DNA from: an uncultured Clostridia bacterium
Lineage (GTDB): Bacteria > Bacillota > Clostridia > Christensenellales > CAG-917
Direction: 5' to 3'
Assembly (NCBI GenBank): GCA_949283145.1
Contig: CASDRL010000025.1
Span: 1-63,431, forward strand
DNA length: 63,431 nucleotides
Shown: piece by piece, positions 1 through 8,900 of the stretch
Position numbering within the stretch: the first letter of the stretch is position 1
Layout of the letters: every line of letters starts with the position of its first letter
Notes under the pieces: model-generated
The model's database searches: none
Told to the model about the DNA's origin: nothing
What the model saw: only the letters and a program-made list of their open reading frames with translations
Position numbers and translations under genes: made by a program

Positions 1-81
1 AAGTGCGGTGAGCACGCTCGCGTGCGGAGCACGAGGAATGCCGGGGTCCCCGCGGGAAAAATCTTTGATTTTTCGCGTGGG

Positions 82-135
82 GCAAAAGTCCGACCAAAAT
101 GGCGACTAAAAGCCGCCATTTTGCGTTTGGTCGGA
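82..135 (-). terminator. Putative intrinsic terminator downstream of spo0A
   Basis: Long imperfect hairpin TCCGACCAAAATGGCG...CGCCATTTTGCGTTTGGTCGGA right after the spo0A stop (140-142). It is followed on the minus strand by CTTTTG. Confidence 0.45.
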
Positions 136-139
136 AACA

Positions 140-901
140 TTACGCGCCTTCCAGCAGCATCTTGTCCGCGACAAGAGCGATGAACTCGCCGTTGGTGGGC
201 TTTTCGTTGGCGGAATAGATCTTCATGCCGAAGATGTTGTTGATGTTTTCGATCTTGCCGCGGTTCCATGCGACCTCGATGGCATGACGGATGGCGCGTT
301 CCACTTTTGAGGGAGTGGTGTTGAAGGCTGCGGCGACGGAAGGATAGAGTCGTTTTGTGATGGAGTTGATGATCTCCGGGTCGTCCACGGTGATCTTGAT
401 CGCCTCGCGCAGGAACTGGTAGCCTTTGATGTGGGCGGGGATGCCGACGGAGATGAACAGGTTTGCGATCTTCTCATCGAGAGACCGATTGCGTTTGACT
501 GCGGGGCGAGCAGGCTGCGCTGCCGGAAGAGCAGGCTCGCTCTCGCCCGAAAAGTCGTCGAGGGTGCGTAGCAGGAAATCGAAGTTGAAGGGCTTTGCGA
601 GGAAATATTTGGCGCCGTAACGCAGGGCTTTTTGCACGAAAGCGTCGGTGTTGAGCTGACTCATCATAATGACGGCGGGACGTGGCGATTTGATTGCGGC
701 GAGAACGCCGAATCCGTCGAGCTCGGGCATAACGATGTCGAGCAGCAGAAAATCGGGGTCGAACTTTTCCACGGCGGCGAGCGCTTCCACGCCGTTTTCG
801 GCAACGGCGACGACGTCATAGCCGTTCACCGAGCCGAAAAACTTTTTCAGATCGGCGACAAGGACGGCATTATCGTCGGCAATAATTACGGTTTTTTTCA
901 T
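140..901 (-). CDS. spo0A: Sporulation master response regulator Spo0A
   Basis: Receiver domain (VIIADDN, DFLLLDIVMPELDG) plus the diagnostic Spo0A C-terminal domain (GIPAHIKGYQFLREAI; ITKRLYPSVAAAFNTTPSKVERAIRHAIEVAWNRG). The ORF opens at TTG 913, but GGAGG at 907-911 favours ATG 901 (or 904). Confidence 0.95.
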   Translation of the reverse strand: MKKTVIIADDNAVLVADLKKFFGSVNGYDVVAVAENGVEALAAVEKFDPDFLLLDIVMPELDGFGVLAAIKSPRPAVIMMSQLNTDAFVQKALRYGAKYFLAKPFNFDFLLRTLDDFSGESEPALPAAQPARPAVKRNRSLDEKIANLFISVGIPAHIKGYQFLREAIKITVDDPEIINSITKRLYPSVAAAFNTTPSKVERAIRHAIEVAWNRGKIENINNIFGMKIYSANEKPTNGEFIALVADKMLLEGA

Positions 902-1379
902 CATATCCTCCAAAATTTTGTAATTTTATTCTATCACGGACAAATTTCGTATGCGGAAGGCAAAACGCGCGCCTTTTCGGCAAAAATGTCGAGTTTTGCA
1001 CATTCATGTCTATCCTTTCCGCAACGCAACGCAGACACACGACGCCGCGCGGGAAGACCGCGAGTTCTCGGCGATCCGCGCGACGTATTCCGTCGGCGAC
1101 AGAATAATACAAAACGCACGCGATGATTTCAACAATTATTTTCACACATTTTTCATTGTGCGTATATGTCGCGCTTTGCGCGCGGGCATGCAACGATATG
1201 TTGACAAACCGCGAGAAAACGGGTCAAAAAAACTGGTGAAATAAAATAGATGTCTCTGTGCGCCGCGGAAGAGGAAAAGAGAGGGGGCTCGCGTTGCGAG
1301 ACGGCGGCGGAGGAGAGCGGCTCGGAAGGGGCGGCGAAGGCAAAAAATCCTATTTATTCAAAAAAATTTGCCGGAACGG

Positions 1380-1408
1380 TTTACATATGGGCGTTGTATA
1401 AATATAAT
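1380..1408 (+). promoter_or_regulatory. Sigma-A-type promoter for the zinc-ribbon/proS unit
   Basis: TTTACA-N17-TATAAT, about 37 nt upstream of ATG 1445 with a GAGGAAG RBS. Confidence 0.55.
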
Positions 1409-1444
1409 AAATGAAAATTCCAAACATGACCGCGTGAGGAAGTA

Positions 1445-1933
1445 ATGGCAAAATATAAAAAATGCCCGCGCTGCGAGCTGAATTGGATCCCCGTCGAAGA
1501 AGAGCTTTGCGAAGTGTGCAAGGCGGAGCTTGGCAAAGCCAGCACCATCAGCCTCATTGAGGATGACGATGACGGGACGTACGAAGAAGAAAGGATCTGT
1601 CCCGTCTGCAAATCCAACTATCTTTCCGACGACGAAGACATTTGCGCGGAGTGCAGGGCGAAGCAGAAGGCGGAGAAGGCGGAGAAGTCCGAGGACGAAG
1701 ACGAGGGCTGGAAGGAGTTCGTCGAAGAGGATTCCGACACCGCTCTTGTCGGAGACGACGACTCGGAGATCTCCCTTTCCCTCTTGCAGGAAGAGGAAGA
1801 GCAGGACGCGGAGGAAGAGGAGGAGTCCTATTCCGACGAGCCCGACGATTTCGACGAATCCATAACCGATTTCGACGAAGACGATTACGACGAAGATGAA
1901 GACGAAGAGGACGGGGACGACGAGGACCTGTGA
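1445..1933 (+). CDS. Double zinc-ribbon protein with a very long polyacidic tail (unknown function)
   Basis: Two CxxC...CxxC units (CPRC..CEVC; CPVC..CAEC) followed by about 90 residues dominated by D/E. Has its own promoter and RBS. Confidence 0.75.
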   Translation: MAKYKKCPRCELNWIPVEEELCEVCKAELGKASTISLIEDDDDGTYEEERICPVCKSNYLSDDEDICAECRAKQKAEKAEKSEDEDEGWKEFVEEDSDTALVGDDDSEISLSLLQEEEEQDAEEEEESYSDEPDDFDESITDFDEDDYDEDEDEEDGDDEDL

Positions 1934-1949
1934 GCCTTCCGGAGGAGTT

Positions 1950-3386
1950 ATGCAAAAGGACGCCAAGTTCGTGAAAGAGATCGCGGACATGAAAGAAGAT
2001 TTTCCGCAGTGGTACACCGACGTCATCTTAAAAACGGAGCTGGTGGATTACGGTCCCGTCAAGGGCACGATGGTCATCCGCCCTTACGGCTACGAGATCT
2101 GGGAGCACATCCGGGATGAGCTTGACCGCCGCTTCAAGGCGACTGGGCACAAGAACGCCTATTTCCCGATGTTCATCCCCTTGAGCTATCTCATGAAGGA
2201 AGCGGAGCATGTCGAAGGGTTCGCGCCCGAGGTCGCGCTTGTTACGCATGTGGGCAATACGGAGCTTGAAGAAAAGCTCGTCGTGCGCCCGACTTCCGAG
2301 ACCATCATCTGCGACATGTACTCCAAGTGGGTGCAGAGCTACCGCGATCTGCCCCTTCTCATCAACCAGTGGGCGAACGTCGTCAGGTGGGAGAAGACCA
2401 CCCGTCCCTTCCTCAGGACGAGCGAGTTCCTCTGGCAGGAAGGGCACACCCTCCACTCCACCGAGGAAGAGGCGAGAGAGGAGACTCTCAGGATGCTCGA
2501 AGTCTACCGCGAGTTCATGCAGAACGTCCTCGCCATCGAGGTGCTCACGGGCAAAAAGACGGAGAAGGAGAAGTTCGCGGGTGCGGTGGACACCTACACT
2601 ATGGAAGCGATGATGCTGGACGGCAAGTCGCTGCAATCCGGCACATCTCATTATCTCGGCAAAAACTTTGCTTCCGCATTCGAGATCAAATATCTCGACC
2701 GTGACGGCAAACTCAAGAATCCTTATCAGACGAGCTGGGGCGTTTCCACCCGTCTCATCGGCGCGCTCATCATGGCGCACGGCGATCAGCGCGGGCTCAA
2801 ACTCCCGCCCCGCGTCGCGCCCGTGCAGACGGTGGTCATCCCCGTCGCGCAGCACAAAGAGGGCGTCATCGAGAAGGCGAGAGAGCTCGCCGACGCGCTC
2901 CGTAAGGCGGGCGTCCGCGTGGAAGTGGACGAAAGAGACCAGTCCGTCGGCTGGAAGTTCAACGAATGGGAGATGAAGGGTGCGCCCCTCCGCATCGAGA
3001 TCGGTCCCCGCGACATCGAGAACGGCGTCTGCGTCTTCTCCCGCCGCGACACGCACGAGAAGGGCACCATCGCCCTCGCCGATGTCGCCGAGAAAGTCCC
3101 CGCGCTCCTCGACGACATCCACGAGACCATGTATCGTCAGTCCGCGGATTTCCTGCATTCCCACATCGTCACCTGCCACAACATGGCAGAGTTCAACGTC
3201 GCCCTCGACAAACAATGCTTCGTCAAAGCCATGTGGTGCGGCTGCCGTGAATGTGAAGACGCCATCAAAGCCGAGACCGCAGCATCGGCGCGCGCCCTTC
3301 CCTTCGATCAAACTCCCGTCGGCGACACTTGTGTGTATTGCGGGAAACCTGCTAAGCACACCGTTGTCTTCGCCAAAAGCTACTGA
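1950..3386 (+). CDS. proS: Prolyl-tRNA synthetase, archaeal/eukaryote-like type
   Basis: FPQWYTDVILKTELVDYGPVKGTMVIRPYGYEIWE and class II motifs. C-terminal Zn-binding domain ending in ...FAKSY. GGAGGAG RBS before ATG 1950 (the ORF-track start 1896 is an over-extension). Confidence 0.95.
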   Translation: MQKDAKFVKEIADMKEDFPQWYTDVILKTELVDYGPVKGTMVIRPYGYEIWEHIRDELDRRFKATGHKNAYFPMFIPLSYLMKEAEHVEGFAPEVALVTHVGNTELEEKLVVRPTSETIICDMYSKWVQSYRDLPLLINQWANVVRWEKTTRPFLRTSEFLWQEGHTLHSTEEEAREETLRMLEVYREFMQNVLAIEVLTGKKTEKEKFAGAVDTYTMEAMMLDGKSLQSGTSHYLGKNFASAFEIKYLDRDGKLKNPYQTSWGVSTRLIGALIMAHGDQRGLKLPPRVAPVQTVVIPVAQHKEGVIEKARELADALRKAGVRVEVDERDQSVGWKFNEWEMKGAPLRIEIGPRDIENGVCVFSRRDTHEKGTIALADVAEKVPALLDDIHETMYRQSADFLHSHIVTCHNMAEFNVALDKQCFVKAMWCGCRECEDAIKAETAASARALPFDQTPVGDTCVYCGKPAKHTVVFAKSY

Positions 3387-3505
3387 GGGCACTATTCGGC
3401 GAATAACATCGTCAAAGTCCCCGTCGTGGATGCTCACGTACGTTTCTGTACGTTCCGCCTCCCGACGGGGCTTTTCCTTGTTCTTCATCCGAATATTGCC
3501 CTCAG
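3383..3505. repeat. M-family long hairpin repeat, copy M1
   Basis: About 123-nt imperfect palindrome CTGAGGGCACTATTCGG...CCGAATATTGCCCTCAG with apical ACGTAC-loop-GTACGT. Its first bases contain the proS stop codon. Confidence 0.7.
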
Positions 3506-3507
3506 TC

Positions 3508-3756
3508 CTGACGCCGCCATTTGGCGCAGAACTTTGTCAGCACCCCTTTTTCGGCTCGTTACGTACGGCATAGTACGCGCCTACGTCGCAATCCGCGCTA
3601 AACTGCAAGAAAGCCGCTCAAAAAAGCGGCTTTCCTTTTGCTTATGCACGGTTGCTCCTTTTCCCCACAAAGTGTCCTCGCTGCGCTGTGGTACTTTGTG
3701 GGGACCCCGATAGGCGGGGGTGCTTTCGCGCTCTGCATCCAAATGACGCCGCTCAG
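3508..3756. repeat. M-family copy M2, interrupted by other inserted hairpin repeats
   Basis: Matching arms CTGACGCCGCCATTTGG... (3508) and ...CCAAATGACGCCGCTCAG (3756) are separated by about 170 nt. The insert contains a K-family hairpin and a terminator-like hairpin (AAAGCCGCTCAAAAAAGCGGCTTT). Confidence 0.6.
3663..3703. repeat. K-family hairpin, copy K1
   Basis: CCCCACAAAGT-N19-ACTTTGTGGGG. A near-identical copy lies at 31525-31564 and a related one inside L copy 50507-51070. Confidence 0.6.
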
Positions 3757-3767
3757 CGAATAAGTTT

Positions 3768-3884
3768 GGAGTGGGCGAATTGCTGTGTCAAGCGCCTGCG
3801 GTCTGAACAGTCACGTACGCCCAAGTACGCTCCTGTCCATCCCGCAGGCGCTTTCCTTGCACTTCATCCGAATATTGCCCTCAG
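3768..3884. repeat. M-family copy M3 (degenerate left arm)
   Basis: The right arm GCGCTTTCCTTGCACTTCATCCGAATATTGCCCTCAG and the apical CGTAC-GCCCAA-GTACG match the family. Confidence 0.55.
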
Positions 3885-3900
3885 CTAATAAGTTCAGAGC

Positions 3901-4331
3901 GGGTGTATTAGAGCGCGATGTTTCTTTTTTCGGAGACGGGATTACGCGCCGCTCACCCAAGCGTTCACAGGCGGTGCAACCGCCTCTTGAACGCCGCGGC
4001 GCGTAAAGTGAGTGCCGAGCAACGCCGTAAACTCAAATAGGCACGGGCTTTAAGTGCGAACCGAAGGTCCAGCGATTGTTGCGCCATGCGCCAATCGCGT
4101 CGCGCCGAATTCCTCCGCCCGTGCCGGGTTTTCGGTAAGTGCAGTTCTCCGCTTGGTTATGTTGGTGCGATTACCAAAAAATTTTGGTAAGGTTCAAAAG
4201 TAAGTCCCGCATGATGCGAGGACGATACTTTTTCGGACACGGGGGAGGAAAGCCCGAAGGGAAGGAGGGGGAATTCTTACTCACCCCCGAGACGAGCAGC
4301 TTATTCGTAGCGTGTTTGAACACGACGAACA
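3901..4331 (-). ncRNA. L-element copy E (candidate mobile structured RNA)
   Basis: Homologous over its length to 9808-10247. Retains all helices with compensatory changes (GGCGTTCA/TGAACGCT middle tier, AGGCGG/CCGCCT apex). Confidence 0.5.
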
Positions 4332-4405
4332 CCTCGAGCGAGCGTTGTTCGGCGCGATCCCTTGACAAAAGAAGGCGCCTAAAAGAGCCATAAACAAATA
4401 GCACA

Positions 4406-4437
4406 GGAGCGCAAGGGTGCAACACCCTCGCAAGCCC
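4406..4437. repeat. H-family hairpin submodule (GGAGCGCAAGGGTGCAACACCCTCGCAAG)
   Basis: Copy of the GGGAGCGCGAGGGTGTAACACCCTCGCAAGGGGG unit that also occurs at 13017, 51317, 52456 and 57466. Confidence 0.6.
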
Positions 4438-4445
4438 CTCGCGTG

Positions 4446-5675
4446 TCAGGCGGCGGCGTCTGCGCCGATTTGGTTGACGGACTGATCCACCTCGCGCTCC
4501 AAAGTGAACTTCATCTCACCGGTCTCGTCCACGGTGAGGACGATGTTGCCGTTGTTGTCCGTGCGGTAGATGGTCATATCGTCTTCGATAAAGCGGTCGA
4601 GGGTGTTTTGGCGGGGGTGGGAGAAGGTGTTGCCGTCAGCATTGCAGCTTATGACGGCGTACTCGCAATTTATCGCGTCGAGGAACTCTTCCGTCGAGGA
4701 AGTCTCGCTGCCGTGATGCCCGACTTTCAGCACATCGCAGTCGAGACTGCCGCCGATGCGATCCACAAATGTCGGCTCGTTTATCTCGTTGCTGTCGCCC
4801 GTGAGGACTATGCGCACGTCGTTGTATTCCAGGATGCCGATGGGTGAGATGGCGTTCTTTTCTTCCGCGCTCGAAAGGTCGCTCTCCGCATAGTATTCCT
4901 CGGTGGGGCAGTAGAAGGTGAGCATATAGGTCGCGCCCTCATAGCTTCCGTCCGCCTGCTTTGTGCCATCCGTTATGACGATGGAGTTGGTGTCCTCGTC
5001 GGGGTCGACATTGAGTGTGACGGTGCAGTCGGGTTCCGTCAGTGCCGCGATGAAGAAGTCCGCATAACACGCGGTGCTTATGGTGTCCTCGTCCGTAAAT
5101 CTGTCAAGCTGTTCCTGTGGCAGATCTGCCTCTGCGACCTTATCGTGCGTGGCGAGGACATTGGGCATGAACACATTGTCCACCTGATACTTTTCCAGCA
5201 CTTCGTCCATGAAATAAACATGGTCGCTGTCACAGTGCGTGAGCATGAGATAGTCAAGCTGACCGTCCGTGATGTAGTTGTCCATATAAGCAAGGGTTTC
5301 GGTGCGGTATGAGGAAGAATTGTTGTAATTCGCGCAGTCGATGAGCATATCCTTGCCGTCGGGGAAGAGGATGAGGATGCTGTCGCCCTGTCCCACGTCC
5401 ATGAAATGCACTTGCAGTTCGCCGTCACCGGGTGCGAGCACGGTGGGCGGAGCGCCGCCGCCATCGTCCGGAGTAGTGCCGTCGTCGGGGGAGGTTTGTT
5501 CGCCGCGGTCGGGCAGGATCGCGCCCGCAATGTCCTCAAAGAGGTCGGGCGCGGCGAAGTATATGATCACCGCCGCGATCACCAAAACGAGCACTATGGC
5601 GACGAGTGCGATGATGAGATTTTTCATTCCCTTTTTGGATGTGTGTCGTGCTGCCATACATTCATTATACATCAT
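4446..5675 (-). CDS. Membrane-anchored metallo-beta-lactamase fold protein (ComEC C-terminal-domain-like)
   Basis: HFMDVGQGDS, LTHCDSDH and VGHHGS motifs, plus an N-terminal TM helix LIIALVAIVLVLVIAAVIIYF. The 542-aa ORF over-extends across the divergent mrnC start. The true start is one of ATG 5675/5657/5627. Confidence 0.8.
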   Translation of the reverse strand: MMYNECMAARHTSKKGMKNLIIALVAIVLVLVIAAVIIYFAAPDLFEDIAGAILPDRGEQTSPDDGTTPDDGGGAPPTVLAPGDGELQVHFMDVGQGDSILILFPDGKDMLIDCANYNNSSSYRTETLAYMDNYITDGQLDYLMLTHCDSDHVYFMDEVLEKYQVDNVFMPNVLATHDKVAEADLPQEQLDRFTDEDTISTACYADFFIAALTEPDCTVTLNVDPDEDTNSIVITDGTKQADGSYEGATYMLTFYCPTEEYYAESDLSSAEEKNAISPIGILEYNDVRIVLTGDSNEINEPTFVDRIGGSLDCDVLKVGHHGSETSSTEEFLDAINCEYAVISCNADGNTFSHPRQNTLDRFIEDDMTIYRTDNNGNIVLTVDETGEMKFTLEREVDQSVNQIGADAAA

Positions 5676-5771
5676 GATGTCCGCGCGTGCAACGGCGGAA
5701 TGTCGCGTCGTTCCGCGGGCATTGACGCGGGTTTTGTTTGCAACGGGGAGAAAGTGTGGTATAGTGTCGGT

Positions 5772-6203
5772 ATGAAAGATCTTTCCCGTGCCGGATTTTC
5801 GCTCGCGCAGCCCCTCTCGGAGGACGAGGCGGCGGCGATGCACCCCATGTCCCTTGCGTTCGTAGGGGATGCGGTGCAGTCTCTTTTCATGCGTACGGCG
5901 GTGGCTGTCGCGGACGGAGGCAAGACGGGCGCCCAGCACCGCGAGGTCACGCGCACGGTCAATGCGGTGGCGCAGGCGGCGGCGAGCGCGCGCATATCCC
6001 CCCTCTTTGACGAGAGGGAGGCGGACATCTTCCGCAGAGCGCGCAACTGTCACATCCAGACCTCGGCAAAGCATGCGGAGCGTGCGGAATACCGCCGCGC
6101 CAGCGGGCTCGAGGCGGTGCTCGGATTTCTCTTTCTCACGGGGAAGACGGAGCGGTTGAACGAATTTTTGCGCATCGCCGCAGAGGAGGACGAAGGATGC
6201 TGA
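5772..6203 (+). CDS. mrnC: Mini-ribonuclease III
   Basis: LAFVGDAVQSLFMR ... ASGLEAVLGFLFLTG. Conserved mrnC-rlmB-sigH gene order. Confidence 0.88.
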   Translation: MKDLSRAGFSLAQPLSEDEAAAMHPMSLAFVGDAVQSLFMRTAVAVADGGKTGAQHREVTRTVNAVAQAAASARISPLFDEREADIFRRARNCHIQTSAKHAERAEYRRASGLEAVLGFLFLTGKTERLNEFLRIAAEEDEGC

Positions 6204-6919
6204 TCTACGGCAGAAACCCCGTGCGCGAAGCGTTTCGCGCAGGCAAGACGGCGGAGAAGATATTTTTTGTTAAGGGCGAGCGGGACGCCCGTCTTTCCGC
6301 GCTCTTTTCCGAGGCGAAGGAGAAGGGAGTGCCCGTGGAATACGTCGAGCGCGCCGTCATGGATAAACTCACGGGCGGCGGCAACCACCAGGGCGTCGCG
6401 GCAAGGGTGACGGACTTTTCCTACTCCTCTTTGGACGACATCCTGAGCATTGCCGAGAGCAGAGGAGAGAAGCTGCTCGTCGTGCTCCTCGACGGCATCA
6501 CGGACCCGCACAACCTCGGCGCGATCGTGAGGAGCGCGGAGTGTTTCGGCGCGCACGGCATCGTCATCCCCGCCCGCAGGAGCGTGGGCGTGACGGACAC
6601 CGTGGTCAAGGTGTCGAGCGGTGCGACGGAGCATATGGCGATCGCGAAAGTCACCAATCTCAACGACGCGATAAGAGAGCTCAAAGAGCGCAATGTATGG
6701 GTTTATGCGTGCGATTTCGGCGGTGAAGCCCCGAAATGTGCGGATCTCAAAGACGACACGGCGCTCGTCGTGGGCAGCGAAGGGGCGGGAGTGCACCGTC
6801 TCACGCGGGAGCTTTGCGACGGCGTCATCACCATCCCGGAGCGGGGGAAGATCAATTCCCTCAACGCTTCCGTGGCGGCGGGAGTGGTGCTCTACGAGGC
6901 GGCGAGGCAGCGCGCATGA
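6197..6919 (+). CDS. rlmB: 23S rRNA 2'-O-methyltransferase, SpoU/TrmH family (RlmB/YacO-like)
   Basis: LDGITDPHNLGAIVRSAE, LVVGSEGAG, IPERGKINSLNASVAAGVVLYE. Confidence 0.9.
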   Translation: MLIYGRNPVREAFRAGKTAEKIFFVKGERDARLSALFSEAKEKGVPVEYVERAVMDKLTGGGNHQGVAARVTDFSYSSLDDILSIAESRGEKLLVVLLDGITDPHNLGAIVRSAECFGAHGIVIPARRSVGVTDTVVKVSSGATEHMAIAKVTNLNDAIRELKERNVWVYACDFGGEAPKCADLKDDTALVVGSEGAGVHRLTRELCDGVITIPERGKINSLNASVAAGVVLYEAARQRA

Positions 6920-7524
6920 AGGACGGAAGGATGACGGACGGCGAACTCGCGCTTGCGGCGCAGAGGGGAGACGCGGCGGCGGAGGAGAAGCTCGTGAGAC
7001 GCTTCGAGCCCCTTGCCGAGGGTGTCTCGCGCTCCTATATCCTTGCGGGCTGCGACGCGGACGACCTCAGACAGATCGCCAGGATCGCGCTGCTCGAAGC
7101 CGTGCGCACCTACGATCCCGCTCGCGGGGCGGAGTTCTCCACCTATGCGTCCGCGTGCGTCAAAAACCGTATGCGGGACGCGGCGCGGAGCGCTGCGGCG
7201 GGCAAGAACGCGCCCTTGAACACCGGAGTCAGCATAGACGACGAGAGAGCGGAGGAGGGCGGCGTCGCCTTGGGCGAGCTGGTCTCGCCGGAGCTTTCCC
7301 CCGAGCAGCAATACATCGAGAAGGAAGCGGAAGCGGCGTTTTTCGAGGCGCTGAAAGAGATCATCGGTGAGCGAGACCTCACCGTCATCAGGCTGTATCT
7401 CGCCAGCATGCCTTATAAGGAGATCTCCGAAAAGCTCGGCATCTCCGCAAAAAAGGTGGACAACACCATCTATTCCGCAAAGAAAAAGATCGCCCGTCTC
7501 ATCGCGGACATCAAAAAGGATTGA
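6916..7524 (+). CDS. sigH: RNA polymerase sigma factor SigH
   Basis: Sigma-70 regions 2 and 4 (IARIALLEAVRTYD, FSTYASACVKNRMRDA, YKEISEKLGISAKKVDNTIYSAKKKI). Position after rlmB as in Bacillus. ATG 6916 overlaps the rlmB stop. Confidence 0.85.
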   Translation: MKDGRMTDGELALAAQRGDAAAEEKLVRRFEPLAEGVSRSYILAGCDADDLRQIARIALLEAVRTYDPARGAEFSTYASACVKNRMRDAARSAAAGKNAPLNTGVSIDDERAEEGGVALGELVSPELSPEQQYIEKEAEAAFFEALKEIIGERDLTVIRLYLASMPYKEISEKLGISAKKVDNTIYSAKKKIARLIADIKKD

Positions 7525-7723
7525 GGTCTTTCCCGGGCGCACTTTCCGCCCGCGCTGCGGGAGGGCTGCCGCGCATGATAGCGCAAAAAGCGGAGCTGCA
7601 CGCTTCGGCTTCCCCGCAGCGCGCGCAGGATCGCGGCGTGCGGATGCGGTATAATGAGGGCGGTCGCGCCCGTTTTCCCCGCCGCGGAACGCGAAAATCG
7701 TGTGAAAATTTGGTTAAAAGCCT

Positions 7724-7752
7724 TTGACTTTAACTTGTTTATATATTATCAT
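7724..7752 (+). promoter_or_regulatory. Promoter of the rpsF-ssb-rpsR operon
   Basis: TTGACT-N17-TATCAT. The roughly 75-nt leader carries hairpins (CCGCCAGGGGCGG; CCCCGAAAGGGG) that may correspond to the S6:S18-binding rpsF leader (not verified). Confidence 0.5.
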
Positions 7753-7827
7753 TATCAAGCAATTCCGCCAGGGGCGGAGTTTTAATCCTTCCCCGAAAGG
7801 GGCATCAAGTCCAAAAGGAGGTAAGCT

Positions 7828-8106
7828 ATGAATAAGTACGAGATCCTGTACATTATTCGCTGCGACATCGAAGATGACCGCAAAAATCAGGTCGTCGAGA
7901 AGTACAATGCGCTCGCCGAGAAACTCGGAACTTTGGAAGCCACGGACATCTGGGGCATGAAGAAGTTCGCCTACGAGATCGACAAGCAGACGGAAGGCTA
8001 CTACGTTCTCATGAACGTGGAGTGCGACGCTGCGGCGCAGGCTGAGATCGACAGACAGATGGGCATCGATGACAATGTCGTAAGAAGAATGATCGTCAAG
8101 AAGTAA
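7828..8106 (+). CDS. rpsF: 30S ribosomal protein S6
   Basis: MNKYEILYIIR... family signature, AGGAGG RBS, rpsF-ssb-rpsR synteny. Confidence 0.97.
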   Translation: MNKYEILYIIRCDIEDDRKNQVVEKYNALAEKLGTLEATDIWGMKKFAYEIDKQTEGYYVLMNVECDAAAQAEIDRQMGIDDNVVRRMIVKK

Positions 8107-8119
8107 TAAGGAGTCAGAT

Positions 8120-8506
8120 ATGAACAAGGTGTTTTTGATTGGCAATCTCACGAGAGATCCCGAGCTGTCCACCACCTCCGGCGGAGTCAAATTCTGCCGC
8201 TTTACCCTCGCCGTTTCCAGGTCCTATTCCAAGGACGGCAAGCGTGAGACGGATTTTCTCCCCGTTGTCGTTTGGAGAGCGCAGGCGGACAATTGCGCGC
8301 GCTATCTCAAAAAGGGCAGCAAAGCCGCAGTCAGCGGCTCCGTGCAGACCCGCACCTATGACACCCAGGACGGCTCCCGCCGCTATGTGACCGAGATCGC
8401 CGCCGACGAAGTGCAGTTCCTTTCCACCCGCAGCGAAAGCGAGGATGCGAAGGATCCCGCGGATTTCGACGACCTCACTCCCATCGACGACGAGCTGCCT
8501 TTCTAA
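8120..8506 (+). CDS. ssb: Single-stranded DNA-binding protein
   Basis: OB fold MNKVFLIGNLTRDPEL...FLPVVVWRAQAENCARYLKKGS-like. Acidic C-terminal tip DDELPF. Confidence 0.97.
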   Translation: MNKVFLIGNLTRDPELSTTSGGVKFCRFTLAVSRSYSKDGKRETDFLPVVVWRAQADNCARYLKKGSKAAVSGSVQTRTYDTQDGSRRYVTEIAADEVQFLSTRSESEDAKDPADFDDLTPIDDELPF

Positions 8507-8524
8507 TTTCAAGGAGAACAGAAA

Positions 8525-8773
8525 ATGAGTGAAGAAGTAAAAGCTCCGCGCCCTCCCAAAAGAGCGCCCAAGAAAAAAGTGTGCACTTTCTGCGTCGAAC
8601 ACGCAGAGACCATCGACTATAAGGATGCAGCCAAACTCCGCCGTTTCACCACCGAAAAGGGCAAGATCCTGCCCCGCAGGATGAGCGGCGTCTGCGCCAA
8701 GCACCAGAGACTGCTTGCGACCGCCATCAAGCGGGCGAGAGTTATGGCTCTGCTCCCCTATAAAGCCGACTAA
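8525..8773 (+). CDS. rpsR: 30S ribosomal protein S18
   Basis: KKVCTFC...IDYKD...[15 protein letters not shown]...[18 protein letters not shown]. Confidence 0.97.
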   Translation: MSEEVKAPRPPKRAPKKKVCTFCVEHAETIDYKDAAKLRRFTTEKGKILPRRMSGVCAKHQRLLATAIKRARVMALLPYKAD

Positions 8774-8896
8774 AGCGCGCTATTTTGCGTGATACTGCGT
8801 CAAAGCCGCGTCCCCGACCGCTCACGTACGAGAAGTACGCCACGCGTCCGGGAGACGCGGCTTTTCCTTGTCTGACGCTAAAATATCGCGCTTTAG
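8770..8896. repeat. M-family copy M4
   Basis: CTAAAGCGCGCTATTTTGCG...CGCTAAAATATCGCGCTTTAG with apical CGTAC-GAGAA-GTACG. Its first bases contain the rpsR TAA stop. Confidence 0.7.
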
Positions 8897-8900
8897 CAAG

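Noticed and set aside
5676-6074. N-terminal extension of the MBL-fold ORF
   Set aside because: The Arg-rich, low-complexity extension overlaps the divergent mrnC coding region. The TM anchor and conserved domain start after 5675.
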